NCBI GenBank assembly: GCA_039208735.1
Contig: JBCCQY010000042.1
Location: 1-64,000 of the forward strand
Length of the DNA stretch: 64,000 nucleotides
Origin: Myxococcota bacterium
GTDB lineage: Bacteria > Myxococcota_A > UBA796 > GCA-2862545
Reading direction: 5' to 3'
Shown here piece after piece: positions 18,411 through 29,400 of this stretch. Made by a program: the position numbers and the translations under genes. The notes beneath the pieces are model-generated. The model was not told where the DNA came from. It ran no database searches and saw only the letters and a list, made by a program, of their open reading frames with translations. The number at the start of each line of letters is the position of its first letter. Positions within the stretch are counted from its first letter, which is position 1.

Positions 18411-20326
18411 CACGACGGGGTGTAGAACACCGGCGAAGACCAAGCCCGTTCCTGCACCGTCGTCTCGACCCGTTCGTCGCAACATGCCGCCCACGTCGCG
18501 TCTTCGGTGGGGCACGCAATGCCCGCCGCGAGGCACTGTCGGGTGTGCCAACGGCAGCTCGGGTTCTCGATCGCCCGTGCGTAGTAGAAGGCTGGCGTGG
18601 TGGGATCAAAGTCCGGATCCGTCCATACGTCACACAGCTCGGCTGCTCCTGTGCCCTCAGGTGTGCAGGTGGCAAGATTCACCGATGCGCCATTTTGGGG
18701 GTCCCCGGCCACGTCGTAGACCACGACCTGCGGCTCGCCGTCCTGCAACCAGCCCTTCACGATTTGGAGGCGCTGGAGGTCGACCCCGGGTGCGCGTTCG
18801 GTTCCTGCGTCGGCCCAACCGCGAATGGCAAAGGTAGGCGCGGAAGCCCCAGCGGGCGGCGCGGGCAAGTCTCCGCCCATGGGCACGCCATCGTCGTAGC
18901 CGGTCGCCTCGAAGCTTTCGCGACTGCACAAGTTGGCCGGATAGTCCCAGCCCCCAAAAAACCGCAGCACGATGCGAGGACCGCTCGTGCCATACGCCTC
19001 ACGTCGCACCATGGCTTGAAACAGTCCTTCGCGACTGTTTTCTTCCGCCCACAGCACCGCGAGTCCCCCCGGATTGAATGGGGCGCCATCCGGTAGCGCT
19101 TCGGGCAACGCATCCCGGTTCGACTGTCCCGCTCCGCCGTGCCCGGGGTACGCCGCCTCGGAGACCAAGCCCGGTGCAGCGATGTGGGTGTCGGTGCTGG
19201 CTACGATGCCGTAGGCGTAGGGGTTCACCCCCAACTCCGCCTGGTACCGGAGTCCCTCGCCCAAGATGTCGCGGACGAAGTCGCGCGGCATGGGAACTCC
19301 CTCGGTATCGAGGTTTGTCCCAGCTAAGTTGTTGTAGGGCAACTTTTCAAAGCCGCACAGTTCATCCGCGACGGGCGAGCCCGGCCAACACTCACTGTCG
19401 CCTTTGTGCTGGAAGATCTCGACCAGTGGCTCAAGCCGCGCCCGGGTGGCCGCGGTGGCCTGATCGTAGCGCTCGTCATCGTCGAGGGTGGTGAACATCG
19501 TGCCCGACGACAGGTTGGAATTGTGGGGAATCGTGAGAGCGTCGCAGTCCGGCTGGTCCAGACACTCTGTCTGGAGTGCCGCCCAGAGTTCTTCGACCTC
19601 AGGGGCCTCGAAATACCCGACAACGTGGTCCGGAGCGACGTGATTGCGGAAGATCACATTGCGGTGCAAGTTCCGGGTCTCGGGACCCGCCGTCCATTCG
19701 TAGCCATAAAACGTCGTAAACGAGCAGCTCTCGCTACGATCGTAGTGCATCTCGGCGGATTCTCGAATCGATGCCCACACATCGGCACCGGCCGTGATGC
19801 AGTCCTTCCCTCCCTCTTCGCAAAGGGCGGGGTACATCGCGTTCTCGGGCGCCACCGCAGTGGCCGCATTCAGCAGAACAAAGGCGCCCGCTGGATTCTC
19901 CCGCACGGTGATGCAAGACGCATCATTGTAGGCGGGCGACTCCGGGTCTTCGCAGAGTGCCACGGTGCCGAGGAACTCGGCGTGGTCGCTCACAATCGCC
20001 CAATCGAGAGGCCGATCGATCTCGATCGTTCGTAGGGGGCTCCCGTCTGCATCGTAAGGTTGGATGCCGATGGGCTGGCCCTTCGCGAACGCGTAGGCCT
20101 CGTTGGGGCGCAACCGGGTGCCCTGCAGGTTCGCATCGAGCGACAACGCAGTGTGAACGTGGGTATCGCCAAAGTACGGCTGGCGGAGCGGATCCACCGA
20201 AGCACAACGCGGAAATGTCTCGGTCAGATCTGGGGCGGGGGGTGGTTCAGGGTCATCCCCCGAACAGGCCACCAACCCTCCTGAAAGCGCGAGTACGCGC
20301 AGCCCACCCATGCGTCCGAACCCCAT
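18410..20326 (-). CDS. DUF3604 domain lipoprotein (PHP-like metallohydrolase fold)
   Basis: Lipobox LVAC; FGDTHVHT, SDHAEF, YEWT, NLHRNVIF, IPHNSN, EIFQHKGDSEC, STDTH, ERAWSSP; start could be 20311. Confidence 0.9.
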   Translation of the reverse strand: MGFGRMGGLRVLALSGGLVACSGDDPEPPPAPDLTETFPRCASVDPLRQPYFGDTHVHTALSLDANLQGTRLRPNEAYAFAKGQPIGIQPYDADGSPLRTIEIDRPLDWAIVSDHAEFLGTVALCEDPESPAYNDASCITVRENPAGAFVLLNAATAVAPENAMYPALCEEGGKDCITAGADVWASIRESAEMHYDRSESCSFTTFYGYEWTAGPETRNLHRNVIFRNHVAPDHVVGYFEAPEVEELWAALQTECLDQPDCDALTIPHNSNLSSGTMFTTLDDDERYDQATAATRARLEPLVEIFQHKGDSECWPGSPVADELCGFEKLPYNNLAGTNLDTEGVPMPRDFVRDILGEGLRYQAELGVNPYAYGIVASTDTHIAAPGLVSEAAYPGHGGAGQSNRDALPEALPDGAPFNPGGLAVLWAEENSREGLFQAMVRREAYGTSGPRIVLRFFGGWDYPANLCSRESFEATGYDDGVPMGGDLPAPPAGASAPTFAIRGWADAGTERAPGVDLQRLQIVKGWLQDGEPQVVVYDVAGDPQNGASVNLATCTPEGTGAAELCDVWTDPDFDPTTPAFYYARAIENPSCRWHTRQCLAAGIACPTEDATWAACCDERVETTVQERAWSSPVFYTPS

Positions 20327-20363
20327 CGGGAATCCCCTCGACGGCGGACGGTATCACACGGTC

Positions 20364-21650
20364 CTACGGCCGGGCCGCCGACAGCGCATCGAGCAATGAA
20401 CGCCCCAACTCGGGCTCGGCGGCATTCACGAATGCGGCCAGGCCGGCCAAACGAGCCAAACTCTCTCCCTTGGGGAGGTCGCGGCCCGTGCGCAACCGAT
20501 GCAATGCCGCGCGAAGGGTGCGCTTGACCTCGCGGGGGACCCGAGGGCCACCATCGCCGTTGACGACGAGCCCCGTGACCGCCTGCCGCCGTCCTGGCCG
20601 CAACACTCGGGTCTTGTCGGGGTGCACGGTAAAGCCTTCGTCGGTCACGATGCGCTTGAGCCCCGCAAGCAACGCACCCACACGGGGTTCACCGGACTGG
20701 CCCCAGGGGCGAGAGAACGTCAGGTCGTCGGCGTACCGGGTGTACCGAAAGCCGAGCTTGCGGGCGAGTCCGGACAACCGACGGTCCATTCGCCAACTCA
20801 CGGCATTGGACAGTCCGGGTGAGGTCGGGGCGCCCTGGGGCAAACACCGGGGCCCAAGCGCTACAAACCACCGAGTATCGCGCCATTCTACGATTTCGCG
20901 TGGCGCCTCGGTGCAGAGCAACGCAAGCAACGTGGCGACCTGCTCACGGTAGCCACCGCGGCGGAACACGCCGCGCACTCGGCGCCAGGTGACGGTGGGA
21001 AAGAAGTCGCGAATATCGGCCTGGACGATGACGTCCGCGCCTGCGTGAACCCGGGCGTTGGTGACGATGGAGCGGCCGGGAACGAACCCATGGGCTGCCC
21101 CATGCACAGGCAACGGCTCCACAATCGCGCGAAGGACCTTGCGTTGAGCCGTCTTGAGGGTCTCATGCGGAGCCCAGATGGCGCGTTCTGTGCCATTGCG
21201 CTTGGGAATGGTGAAGCGATGGTAATGGATTCGGGTGGCGGCATCGCGGTGGTACGTGAGCCACCGCAGCTGCGACACCGACAGCTCGAGAAACGCGGCC
21301 AACTGCTGGTGCGTGTCGAGGGTCGGCCAGTCGTTGGTGGCGGCCCGCTTCTCGGGCTCTTCGAGGTCGTACTTGTCGACATCGGCCGCGTCATTGAAGT
21401 AGACCCCATCGCCCAAATGGACGATGTGGGTCTCGCGGTACGCCTCCCAGGCCGCTTTCTTCAGGGCCCGACGTTCCGCGGCTTCGCGCTTCAACTCCCG
21501 CTTGTAGCGTTCCAACTCGGACTTTTTCAGGCCGGCGGGATCCCGTCGGGTGACGAGGAAGCCACGCTCTTCGAGCTGCTGATCGACATAGCGATCGATG
21601 CCGCCCGCTTGGATGATGGCCTTCCACAACTCGATCCGGCGCGTGGTCAT
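20364..21650 (-). CDS. Retron-type reverse transcriptase (Mx162-like, with N-terminal extension)
   Basis: IPKRNG..R.I.AP, AHGFVPGRSIVTNARVH (region X NAxxH, 21045-21059), DIRDFFP, LPQGAPTSP, YADD (20724-20735), VTGLVVN (region Y, 20571-20579); no maturase, endonuclease or Cas1 domain; GGGGGAGG RBS. Confidence 0.95.
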   Translation of the reverse strand: MTTRRIELWKAIIQAGGIDRYVDQQLEERGFLVTRRDPAGLKKSELERYKRELKREAAERRALKKAAWEAYRETHIVHLGDGVYFNDAADVDKYDLEEPEKRAATNDWPTLDTHQQLAAFLELSVSQLRWLTYHRDAATRIHYHRFTIPKRNGTERAIWAPHETLKTAQRKVLRAIVEPLPVHGAAHGFVPGRSIVTNARVHAGADVIVQADIRDFFPTVTWRRVRGVFRRGGYREQVATLLALLCTEAPREIVEWRDTRWFVALGPRCLPQGAPTSPGLSNAVSWRMDRRLSGLARKLGFRYTRYADDLTFSRPWGQSGEPRVGALLAGLKRIVTDEGFTVHPDKTRVLRPGRRQAVTGLVVNGDGGPRVPREVKRTLRAALHRLRTGRDLPKGESLARLAGLAAFVNAAEPELGRSLLDALSAARP

Positions 21651-21662
21651 CGCCTCCCCCCA

Positions 21663-23468
21663 TCACGACGCGCTTGCATCGAGCCATCCCTTTCGTTCGA
21701 GCTGGGCTGTGCGCTCCCGGTAGGCGGACTGGGCGTCTTCGACGGTGTCGAACCACAGGTTCTGAACCCGTAGACGCTCGGCTCCCCGGGGGCCCCATTT
21801 CACCTGGAGCTGCCGCTGGTCGATCGACAGTGTCGTGATGTGCTCCCCCTCATCATCTCGAAACGAGAACGTGCGGGTTTCGACGCGCAGCACATCGTCG
21901 GCATCGGCCGCTTGCGACCGCTCGGCATGCCAGAGCAGCAATGCCATGACGTGAGCGCAGGGGCCCTGTTTCAACCCCTGGGTCCGGAACAAGTGGCAGG
22001 TGCACGAGATGTTTCGCACAATGCCGTCGGGGGCCACGGTGAGCTTGGGCTGGTACTCCCGCTGCTCGGAAGCCACGGGGACTTCGGCCGTCAACTCGAT
22101 TCCCGTTCCGTAGACGAGGTTTTCCTTGACCGATCGCACCACCGGAACCAAGTCATGGGCCTGGCGCTCCCGTGCGTTTCGGTAGGCGAGGTCGTCGGCG
22201 TCAAGGGGTTTGGCGGTCAGCGGCCGCAATCGAATACGGCCCGCTGCCAAATCGAACATCACCCAGCCGTTCTGGCCTGCCGCCTGAAGCGCCGCAATGG
22301 TCTGGGGAGTCGAAAGGCCAGTTCGGCTCGCGAGCGTCGCCGCATCCGACACCCAATCCTGACGCAAGACGTCGAGCACTTGCGTTTGCTCGGCGGGGGT
22401 ACCTCCCGCTCGGGGCAATAGGACGTCGAACTGTAAGGAACGCGCCCAGTTCGCAGCGGAAAACCCGGTGAGCCCAAGCGTCATGGCCATTCCCGGCGCT
22501 CGAAGAACCAAGAAGCTCGGCAAGCCGCTGCCCACCAGGTGAAGCTCCACCTCTCTCGCAAACGGCAGCATGCGCCGAATCAACGACCAACGGCGGCGTC
22601 CCCAAATCTTGATGACCTCAGACCGCAAGCCCGCATACGGGCCGGACGTGGTCTCGATCACAACCTCTCGCGGCTCGATGACCAAGCGTGGCACCTGTCC
22701 CGGGGTGAGTTCGACCCGCAGCGCACGCCCTTGGCCTTTGCTATCGCCATGGAGTCGCAGGTGCCGCAGCACGTTGTACAGCTCGATGGGCTTCAACCGC
22801 AGCCCCGCCCGCGCCAGGGTCACGCTCGACTGCACCTGCAGAAAGCCTCGCAACCAGGTGTCGGGCACCTGCACACGCTTTTCGACCACCTCGGCATCGC
22901 CAGTGGTGAGCCGCACGGCATCGCTGCCGATCGACAGCGACGTGTTGCGGTAGCTCCGAAGCCGTTTCAGACCTTCCTGAAGATCGTCGGAAAAGTCGAT
23001 GTTGGTCGTGCCGCACTGCCAGGCTTCCGGCTCGCCGAACGCATCACGGTCGAGGCGAAGCTGTGCATAGGTGCCTTCATCCTTGCTGAACACCTCGAAC
23101 AAGACGGCGTCGGGATGCACCGTCACAACCGGGTCGAGCACATACCAAGCCAGCGGGTCGTTCCGCGCAAGCCAATCAAAGTAGTCGCGCTGGGCTCGCC
23201 AGGTCGCAAGGCCCACCGAACGCTGCTTCATGCGAGTCCAGGCGACGTAGGCCGTGCGGTCACGCGGCTTGTACCGCAGATCGCTCTTCACCACGTCCGC
23301 TAATCCGAGGAGGGCCTCGCGAAACGCCACTGGATCCGCCACCGTCGCTTCGACCCGAACCGGATCGCGCTGAACGTCGGCCATGAGCTGTACGGTGGAC
23401 TCCGCGACGGCACTCGGACTTCGGTATCGCTGGGTGATGGGGGTGCGGCCCGGTTCTTCGGTGCTCAT
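21663..23468 (-). CDS. SWIM zinc-finger protein with C-terminal WGR-like domain (retron-associated)
   Basis: CTC-x12-CAH SWIM motif (21951-22004); C-terminal LQVKWGPRG...F.....A...Y......LERKGW resembles WGR; N-terminal DPVVTVHPD..FEVFSKDE; ends 12 nt upstream of RT. Confidence 0.82.
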   Translation of the reverse strand: MSTEEPGRTPITQRYRSPSAVAESTVQLMADVQRDPVRVEATVADPVAFREALLGLADVVKSDLRYKPRDRTAYVAWTRMKQRSVGLATWRAQRDYFDWLARNDPLAWYVLDPVVTVHPDAVLFEVFSKDEGTYAQLRLDRDAFGEPEAWQCGTTNIDFSDDLQEGLKRLRSYRNTSLSIGSDAVRLTTGDAEVVEKRVQVPDTWLRGFLQVQSSVTLARAGLRLKPIELYNVLRHLRLHGDSKGQGRALRVELTPGQVPRLVIEPREVVIETTSGPYAGLRSEVIKIWGRRRWSLIRRMLPFAREVELHLVGSGLPSFLVLRAPGMAMTLGLTGFSAANWARSLQFDVLLPRAGGTPAEQTQVLDVLRQDWVSDAATLASRTGLSTPQTIAALQAAGQNGWVMFDLAAGRIRLRPLTAKPLDADDLAYRNARERQAHDLVPVVRSVKENLVYGTGIELTAEVPVASEQREYQPKLTVAPDGIVRNISCTCHLFRTQGLKQGPCAHVMALLLWHAERSQAADADDVLRVETRTFSFRDDEGEHITTLSIDQRQLQVKWGPRGAERLRVQNLWFDTVEDAQSAYRERTAQLERKGWLDASAS

Positions 23469-26400
23469 GCCGACGCCTCCCGCGCGGCGCGGGCACGCCG
23501 GCTGCGACGCAGGGCTCGCCAGGCGGCCTTGCGCTCTTCCTCTTCTTGGGCCCCATCTTCGGCAAAGGTACGAAGGTGCGTTTCGGCGGCAGGGGTGGCC
23601 AACGCCGATAGGCCTTCGAGCGCCCCAAACCGAACGTCAGGTTCGGTACTTCGCAGCGCCGCCGCCAATACGGCGGGGTCTGCTCCCGGCTGGGCGACGT
23701 AGCCAGCCATGGCAAGGCCCTGGGTATGCAGATCGCCAACCGCGCGGGACAGCGCATCCCGAGCTTCGGGAGCATGGGCGAGGGCCTGCACCACCGCGGG
23801 GTCGTCGCGGTGTGCCTCGAGTAGCGCTCCGACCCGGTCGGGAGCGTGCCGAGCGACCATGGCCGCCGCGAGCGCACGGGCCCGGGCCGGTCCTGTGCCT
23901 GCCACGTCGATCAACACCTCGAGCGCATCGGGCATGAGGGTGAGCGCACGGGCCGCCGCCAACTGCAACGAGGTCGACTCGCGCTCCGAAAGGGCGAGCA
24001 CCTGCCGGACTGCGTCGTTGGCCACCCCATGTCGCGCCGCGGCCCATAACAGCCACCGCACCCGTTCGGCATGGGCTGTGGCATTGCGTTCCTGGGCCAC
24101 CGCGTCTTGCCACTCCTGCACCGCAGCCCCCGTCGCCTGGCGAAGCGACGCCCGAGCTTCGGCCGTTAACGTAGGCAAGCGACCAATGAGACGTCCCGCA
24201 TCGATGCCCGCGGCGGGTCGAGGATCCGCAAGATGGGCCACCACCGCATCCACAGGGAAGGGGTCGCGAGCCGCCAAGGCGGTCAACAGCGGATCGTAGG
24301 CATCGCGCAACGCTTGGGGATCCGCCAATGCCGAGAGGATCCGGGCCGCATCGCCTCGCTCGCGCAGCCGTTCCAACACCTCGTCCTGGTAGATGGCGTA
24401 GCGCGCCAGCATCAGCGCATAGTCCGGTTCCAGAGAGTCGGGACCCAACAAGCGTCGCAAGCTCGTCGTCGCCACTTCAAGGACCTGGTAGTACCGCTCG
24501 GTGCGAACCATCCGCTCCAGCACCTTACGGCTGTCATCCTTCGTGAGGCTGGTGTCATAGCGGAGTTGATCGGCTGCGGTTCGACGCATGTGCCGCTCGG
24601 ACGCCTCTGCCGCCCGACGGACCGCCGCCCATGCCTCGTTGGTGCCAAACCAGCGCAGCCCGACCAGCGCTGAGGCGGCAATGAGGTTGTTGCCCTTTGC
24701 CAACGCCAACAGACGTCGCAAGATCTCGGGCCCCTTTTCGGTCTCGCGCAGGTGGCCGATAGCCTCGGCCGCGGGACCCACCAACGCGTGGTCCTCCTGC
24801 ATGACGATGTCGAGTAGCTTGTCGAGGGCCCGTTCATCGCCCAATTGACCCAACGCGAGAACCGCACGACGTCGCAACGACAGATCATCGAGGGTGTCGA
24901 TGGCGGCCAGGAGCACCGCAATCCCTGCCGACGCCTGCGCCCGAGCCAAGGCCTCGGCGGCAAGGAAGGCCGTCGTGGGGTCGGGGTGGGACAGCAACTC
25001 CTGCACCGGGGCAGAATCCGCATTTCGGAACCGAATCCGCCACCCGTAGGCAAACACCGCTTCCCGCCGCAGGGAGTCGTCCGCGTGCCGCAACATGCGA
25101 CGCAGCGGTACGTCGACCGCCGCGGACCGAGACCACATGATGCCCCGCAACATGCGCGTGACCTCACGCACCTGGCGGAGTTCGGCCCGAAGCAGCAACA
25201 CCTTGGCGATGACGTCGTCGTGACGTGGATGTTGGTCCTTGAGCCAGGAGTCGTCGGCGTCGGGGTCCCTCAAATCGAAGGACATCGGTTGGTCGTAGCC
25301 GCTGATGGCGGTGAGCGCGTCAAGCGCTGGCCGAACCGGAACCTTCTCTTCTTTCACCAGGCGGATCAAACGGTCGACGACGGCGGTCTGGCGCGCACGT
25401 CCAATCGCTTCGAGCAGCCGCTTGCCATCTGCCGTTCCGCGGGGGTCTTGCGCAATGCGATCGAGAAGCGCACCGGGCACGCGCGGATCGTTCAGACGTG
25501 ACAGATCGCGGATGGCCATGCGCTGTTGATCATCGTCTTCGAGCAGCACCACCAAGGCATCGAAGGCCCGAAGGTCGCCTCGCGCGGCCAACGTGCTTGC
25601 GGCATGCCGGCGCACGTCGGGAAACCGGGAACTTAGGGCCGCCACGAGCTCCGGATGGGCGTCTGGGGCCTCGATCAAGCCGGCCAGGAGGGTCACGGCA
25701 CGCCGTCGCACATCGGCCGCTCGAGCCTTCAGCGCTGCGCGCGCAGTGGGCTCAGGCCCACTCCGCTCGACCAGGAGGTCGAATGCGATGCCCTGGAGAC
25801 CGTCGTCGCGCTCGGTCAGGATCGGCCAAACCGCGTCGATACGTCCCTCGTCCGCCAGCAGGGTCAGGGCAAGCTGACCCAGGTCGCCAAACCCCGCGGA
25901 AAGCGCTTCTTCGACACGCTCATCGAGACTCAACCCGAGATCGGGCAGCGCCTCAAAAGCCACCCGCCGCACCTGGGCGTCCGCGTCGGTGAGCGCAACC
26001 CGCACCGCCGCACGCACCGTCGCGGCATCGCGGGAGGCATCTCGGGTGAGCCGGCGCAATGCGGACGCACGAACCGTGGCCCCCGTCGCCTGCGAGGAAA
26101 GGCCTACGTACGTGCCGAGTACCAAATCGGAGAGGTCGGGAACCGTTTCCGGGGACTTCAGCGGGCCTTCCCCGAGCGGCTCCGCCCGTCGATCGACCAA
26201 ATCGAGATCGTGCCGCAGTTTGGCTGCCGCACTCTGGGCGTCGGACTGCGACCGATGCGGCGCAGCGCTCGTCATGCCGTGAAGCACGCGCAACATCGCC
26301 GCTTGGTCGCGCCCATCGGCACGTTGCAGGCGGTGGGAAAGGCTCTCCCAGAACGCGGCGTCAAGGGGCCAGGCAGGACCCTCCCCTGCATCCGACAACC

Positions 26401-29400
26401 ACCGCACGACCGCCGCCTGACGGGCCGGCGCGTTGGCAAACACGTCCAGCACGTCGGCTGCCACGAACCGCACGGCAAAGTCTGCCGCCGTCAACGCGGC
26501 GATCAGCCGCTCGGGAACCGAGTCGCCCGCAAAACCGTCCAGCAACAGCACGACACGCTGGGTAAGCGCCCGGTCGGCCAGATCATGGGCGTCAAGCATC
26601 GCGAGTAGCGGCTCATCGTCGCTCAAGGCCACTGCCGCGGCCACGCGGTCGGGGCCTCGATGATCGGGTGTGAACACTGCGGCCGCTACCGTCGCATCGC
26701 CACGCCACGCCCGAGCCGTAGCGAGGACCTGGCGAATCGTGGCATCGGCGTGGTTCCACACGGCTGCGAGCACCTCGGGTGACGCAGCCTGGGCGAGCGT
26801 CCGCGCCGCGGCGTGTCGCACGGCCGGCCGTGGATCGTCGAGCAGCCGGCGCGCCGGGTAAACGGCGGATTCACTTCGGAGCCAGCCAAGCCCCTGGAGT
26901 GCCTGCACGGCCCGCCCCGCCCACGCCGCGGGGTCTTCGTCTTCATCGGGTCCCGCCGACGCAATCTCCCGCAGAAGAATCTCTTCGGCCTCGGGGCGTC
27001 CGGCTTCGGCCAGCGTGGTGGCCGCCGAAAGGCGCACATCGCGATGGCGGCTCTCGAGGGCTTGGACCATGGCCCTCGCCTCGCCCGTCCGTTGCAATGC
27101 ACGGAAAGCCTGCGTACGAACCGCCTCATCGTCGTCGTCGAGGGCGGCTACAAGCCAAGGTCGGGCCACTTCATCGACGCGGTGCGCGAGCACTTCGATG
27201 GCCCCAAGGCGCATCTCGCGGAATCGGCTATCGAGCGCAGCCCGAACCGCTTCGGTTTCCCGCTTGTCACCTTGTTGACGGGCAAACCCGAACACCTCGG
27301 CTCGCAATTCCGGACTGGGATCGTCGAGACGTTCCAGGAGCAGTGCCCACGCCCAGGACTCCCGGAACTGGCTCATGAGTTCAGTGATGACCTCGCGCCG
27401 TACGTCGGACTGGCCACTCTGCAATGCAAAACGCAAGGCATCGGCCTGGCTACCGTCGATCTGCAGGCGGACGACCGCCTTGAATGCATCGAGCCGCACG
27501 CGAGCTTCGTCGTCATCGAGCGCACGACGTAGCCAGTCCCGCGCTTCGCTCACCTGGCCCGCAGCGGGAGAATCGTCCGTCGCTTCGAGGGCGGCGACCG
27601 CCCGGGCCAACCCGCGAACTCGCACGTCTGGATGGGGCGCCGACAGGCCGATCCGCGCCGCCTCGACCGGTGCTTCGGCGAGCAGCCGCTCAATGACGGT
27701 GAACGCAGCATCGCGAACCGGGGCGTGGCTGGACCTCAGCAAAGCCGCCATGCGACCCAAGGCCCGGGCATCGCCAATGCGTTGGAGCGCCCGACAGGCC
27801 CGGACCTGAACCTCGGGATCGTCGATGCGCGACAACTGCAGCAAAAGGCCGAGGGCTCGTGGATCGTCGAGCAAGGTGAGATGCACGGCGGCGCGCAGGG
27901 CGGTGTCCGGTCGCCGAGACGCCATCGCCTGGAGCAAGGGAGTCCGGTCGACGGGGCCGGATTCGACGGCCGGAGGCGGAGGGGGCTCGCTCGCCTCGGC
28001 GGCCCCATGGGTCTGAAGGACGTGCAGCTGGCGATGGGTGTCGGAATCGAGAGCGCGCAATCGCTTCGCCAGTGCCGGCACCACCAGTAAACGAAGTAGA
28101 TAAGCGGCGTAACGTACCTCGGCGTCCGAGTCCTCGGTCGCCGCCCGCAACGCACGTTCCGCCTCGGAGAGGAGCCCGCGCTGCTCCAGCCTCACGAGCG
28201 CACGCCAGCGAAGCGTCGCGACACTCGACTGCAGGCCTCGGAGCGATGCCGTCGCGTCAGTGGGATGCAGCTGTTCGAGGGCGGCGAGCGCGGCGTGCCG
28301 GAGAGAGGCCTCACCGTGGTCAAGGGCCTCAACAATGCGAACCTCAGCCTGCTCATCATCGCGAGCCAGCTGGGATAGGGCGGCAAGCGCCCGTTGACCG
28401 ACCTGTCCCAGGTCGGCCCGCGGCGACTGAAGGGTCAGGACCATAGGCCTTAGCGACGTGGTTCCAAGCCGTCGACGCAAGCCCTCGAACACGATCTGAC
28501 GGACCTCATCGTCGGTAGCCGTCGCGATCAGCTCTTCGAGCTTCGGAATGGCCCGAGGATGTTCACTGGCCGCGAGATGGGTCGCTGCAAGTACGCGGAG
28601 AGCTCGGTCCGAATCGTCGATTGCCCTCGAGACGAGCCGCTCAACGGCCTCTCGGTCATCGTAGGTAGCAAGCCGTTCAAGCGCCGCCTGGCGTCGCGGA
28701 ATCTCGTCGCGGTCGAGTTCGTGGTCGAGGGTGGCGAACGCCCCACCAAACTGGACCGTTCGCGCCTCGACCCGGCCCTCTTCATCGACCGGAAACAACC
28801 GAATGGATGCATCTTGGCCGGCCACCGCCACGTGCGCTGTACCATCGACCTCTACTTCCACGACCGCAACGGCCGAGGGCACGCCCTGTTGCTGACTGGC
28901 GGGCGCGCGACGGTCTGTCTTTCGCCAGGCCTTTATCGTGCGGTCGTCGCCCACCGTGTAGAGCCGGTCGCCGTCACCCGCGACGCCCCGGACAGGTTTT
29001 GCGTGACCATGATTGCCGGACCGATCGATGGGTTCAAGCGCCCCTCGCGCATGGGTGACAAGGAGCCGACGGTCCTCTCCCGCCGACCAGAACCGAGGCT
29101 CGTCCCGCTCGAAGCGTAGAGCGGTGACGGGCCCTTGGTGCAGCTCGGCCGAAGCACGTGGCACAAACGTGCCGTCATCTTGGCGCTCGACCACGGCCAC
29201 GGTGCCATCTCGACACCCCACGACGACGAAAGCGCCGTTGGGCATTGCCGCGATCGCCGTGCCGCGGTCCGGCAACCCGAAGCGAGCCTGCTCCACGCCT
29301 TCGGAATCGACGATCACCAATGCATCCCCTGCAATGAGGGCGACGCTGGCTCCGACCAGCGCAAGACCTGTGGGAATGGGCTCAATGGTGGTTGCAAGGG

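Noticed and set aside
20364..21650. RT as group II intron, DGR, CRISPR-associated or Abi RT
   Set aside because: No maturase/endonuclease domain, no TR/VR pair or Avd, no cas genes; NAxxH and VTG motifs plus an msr/msd-like element point to a retron
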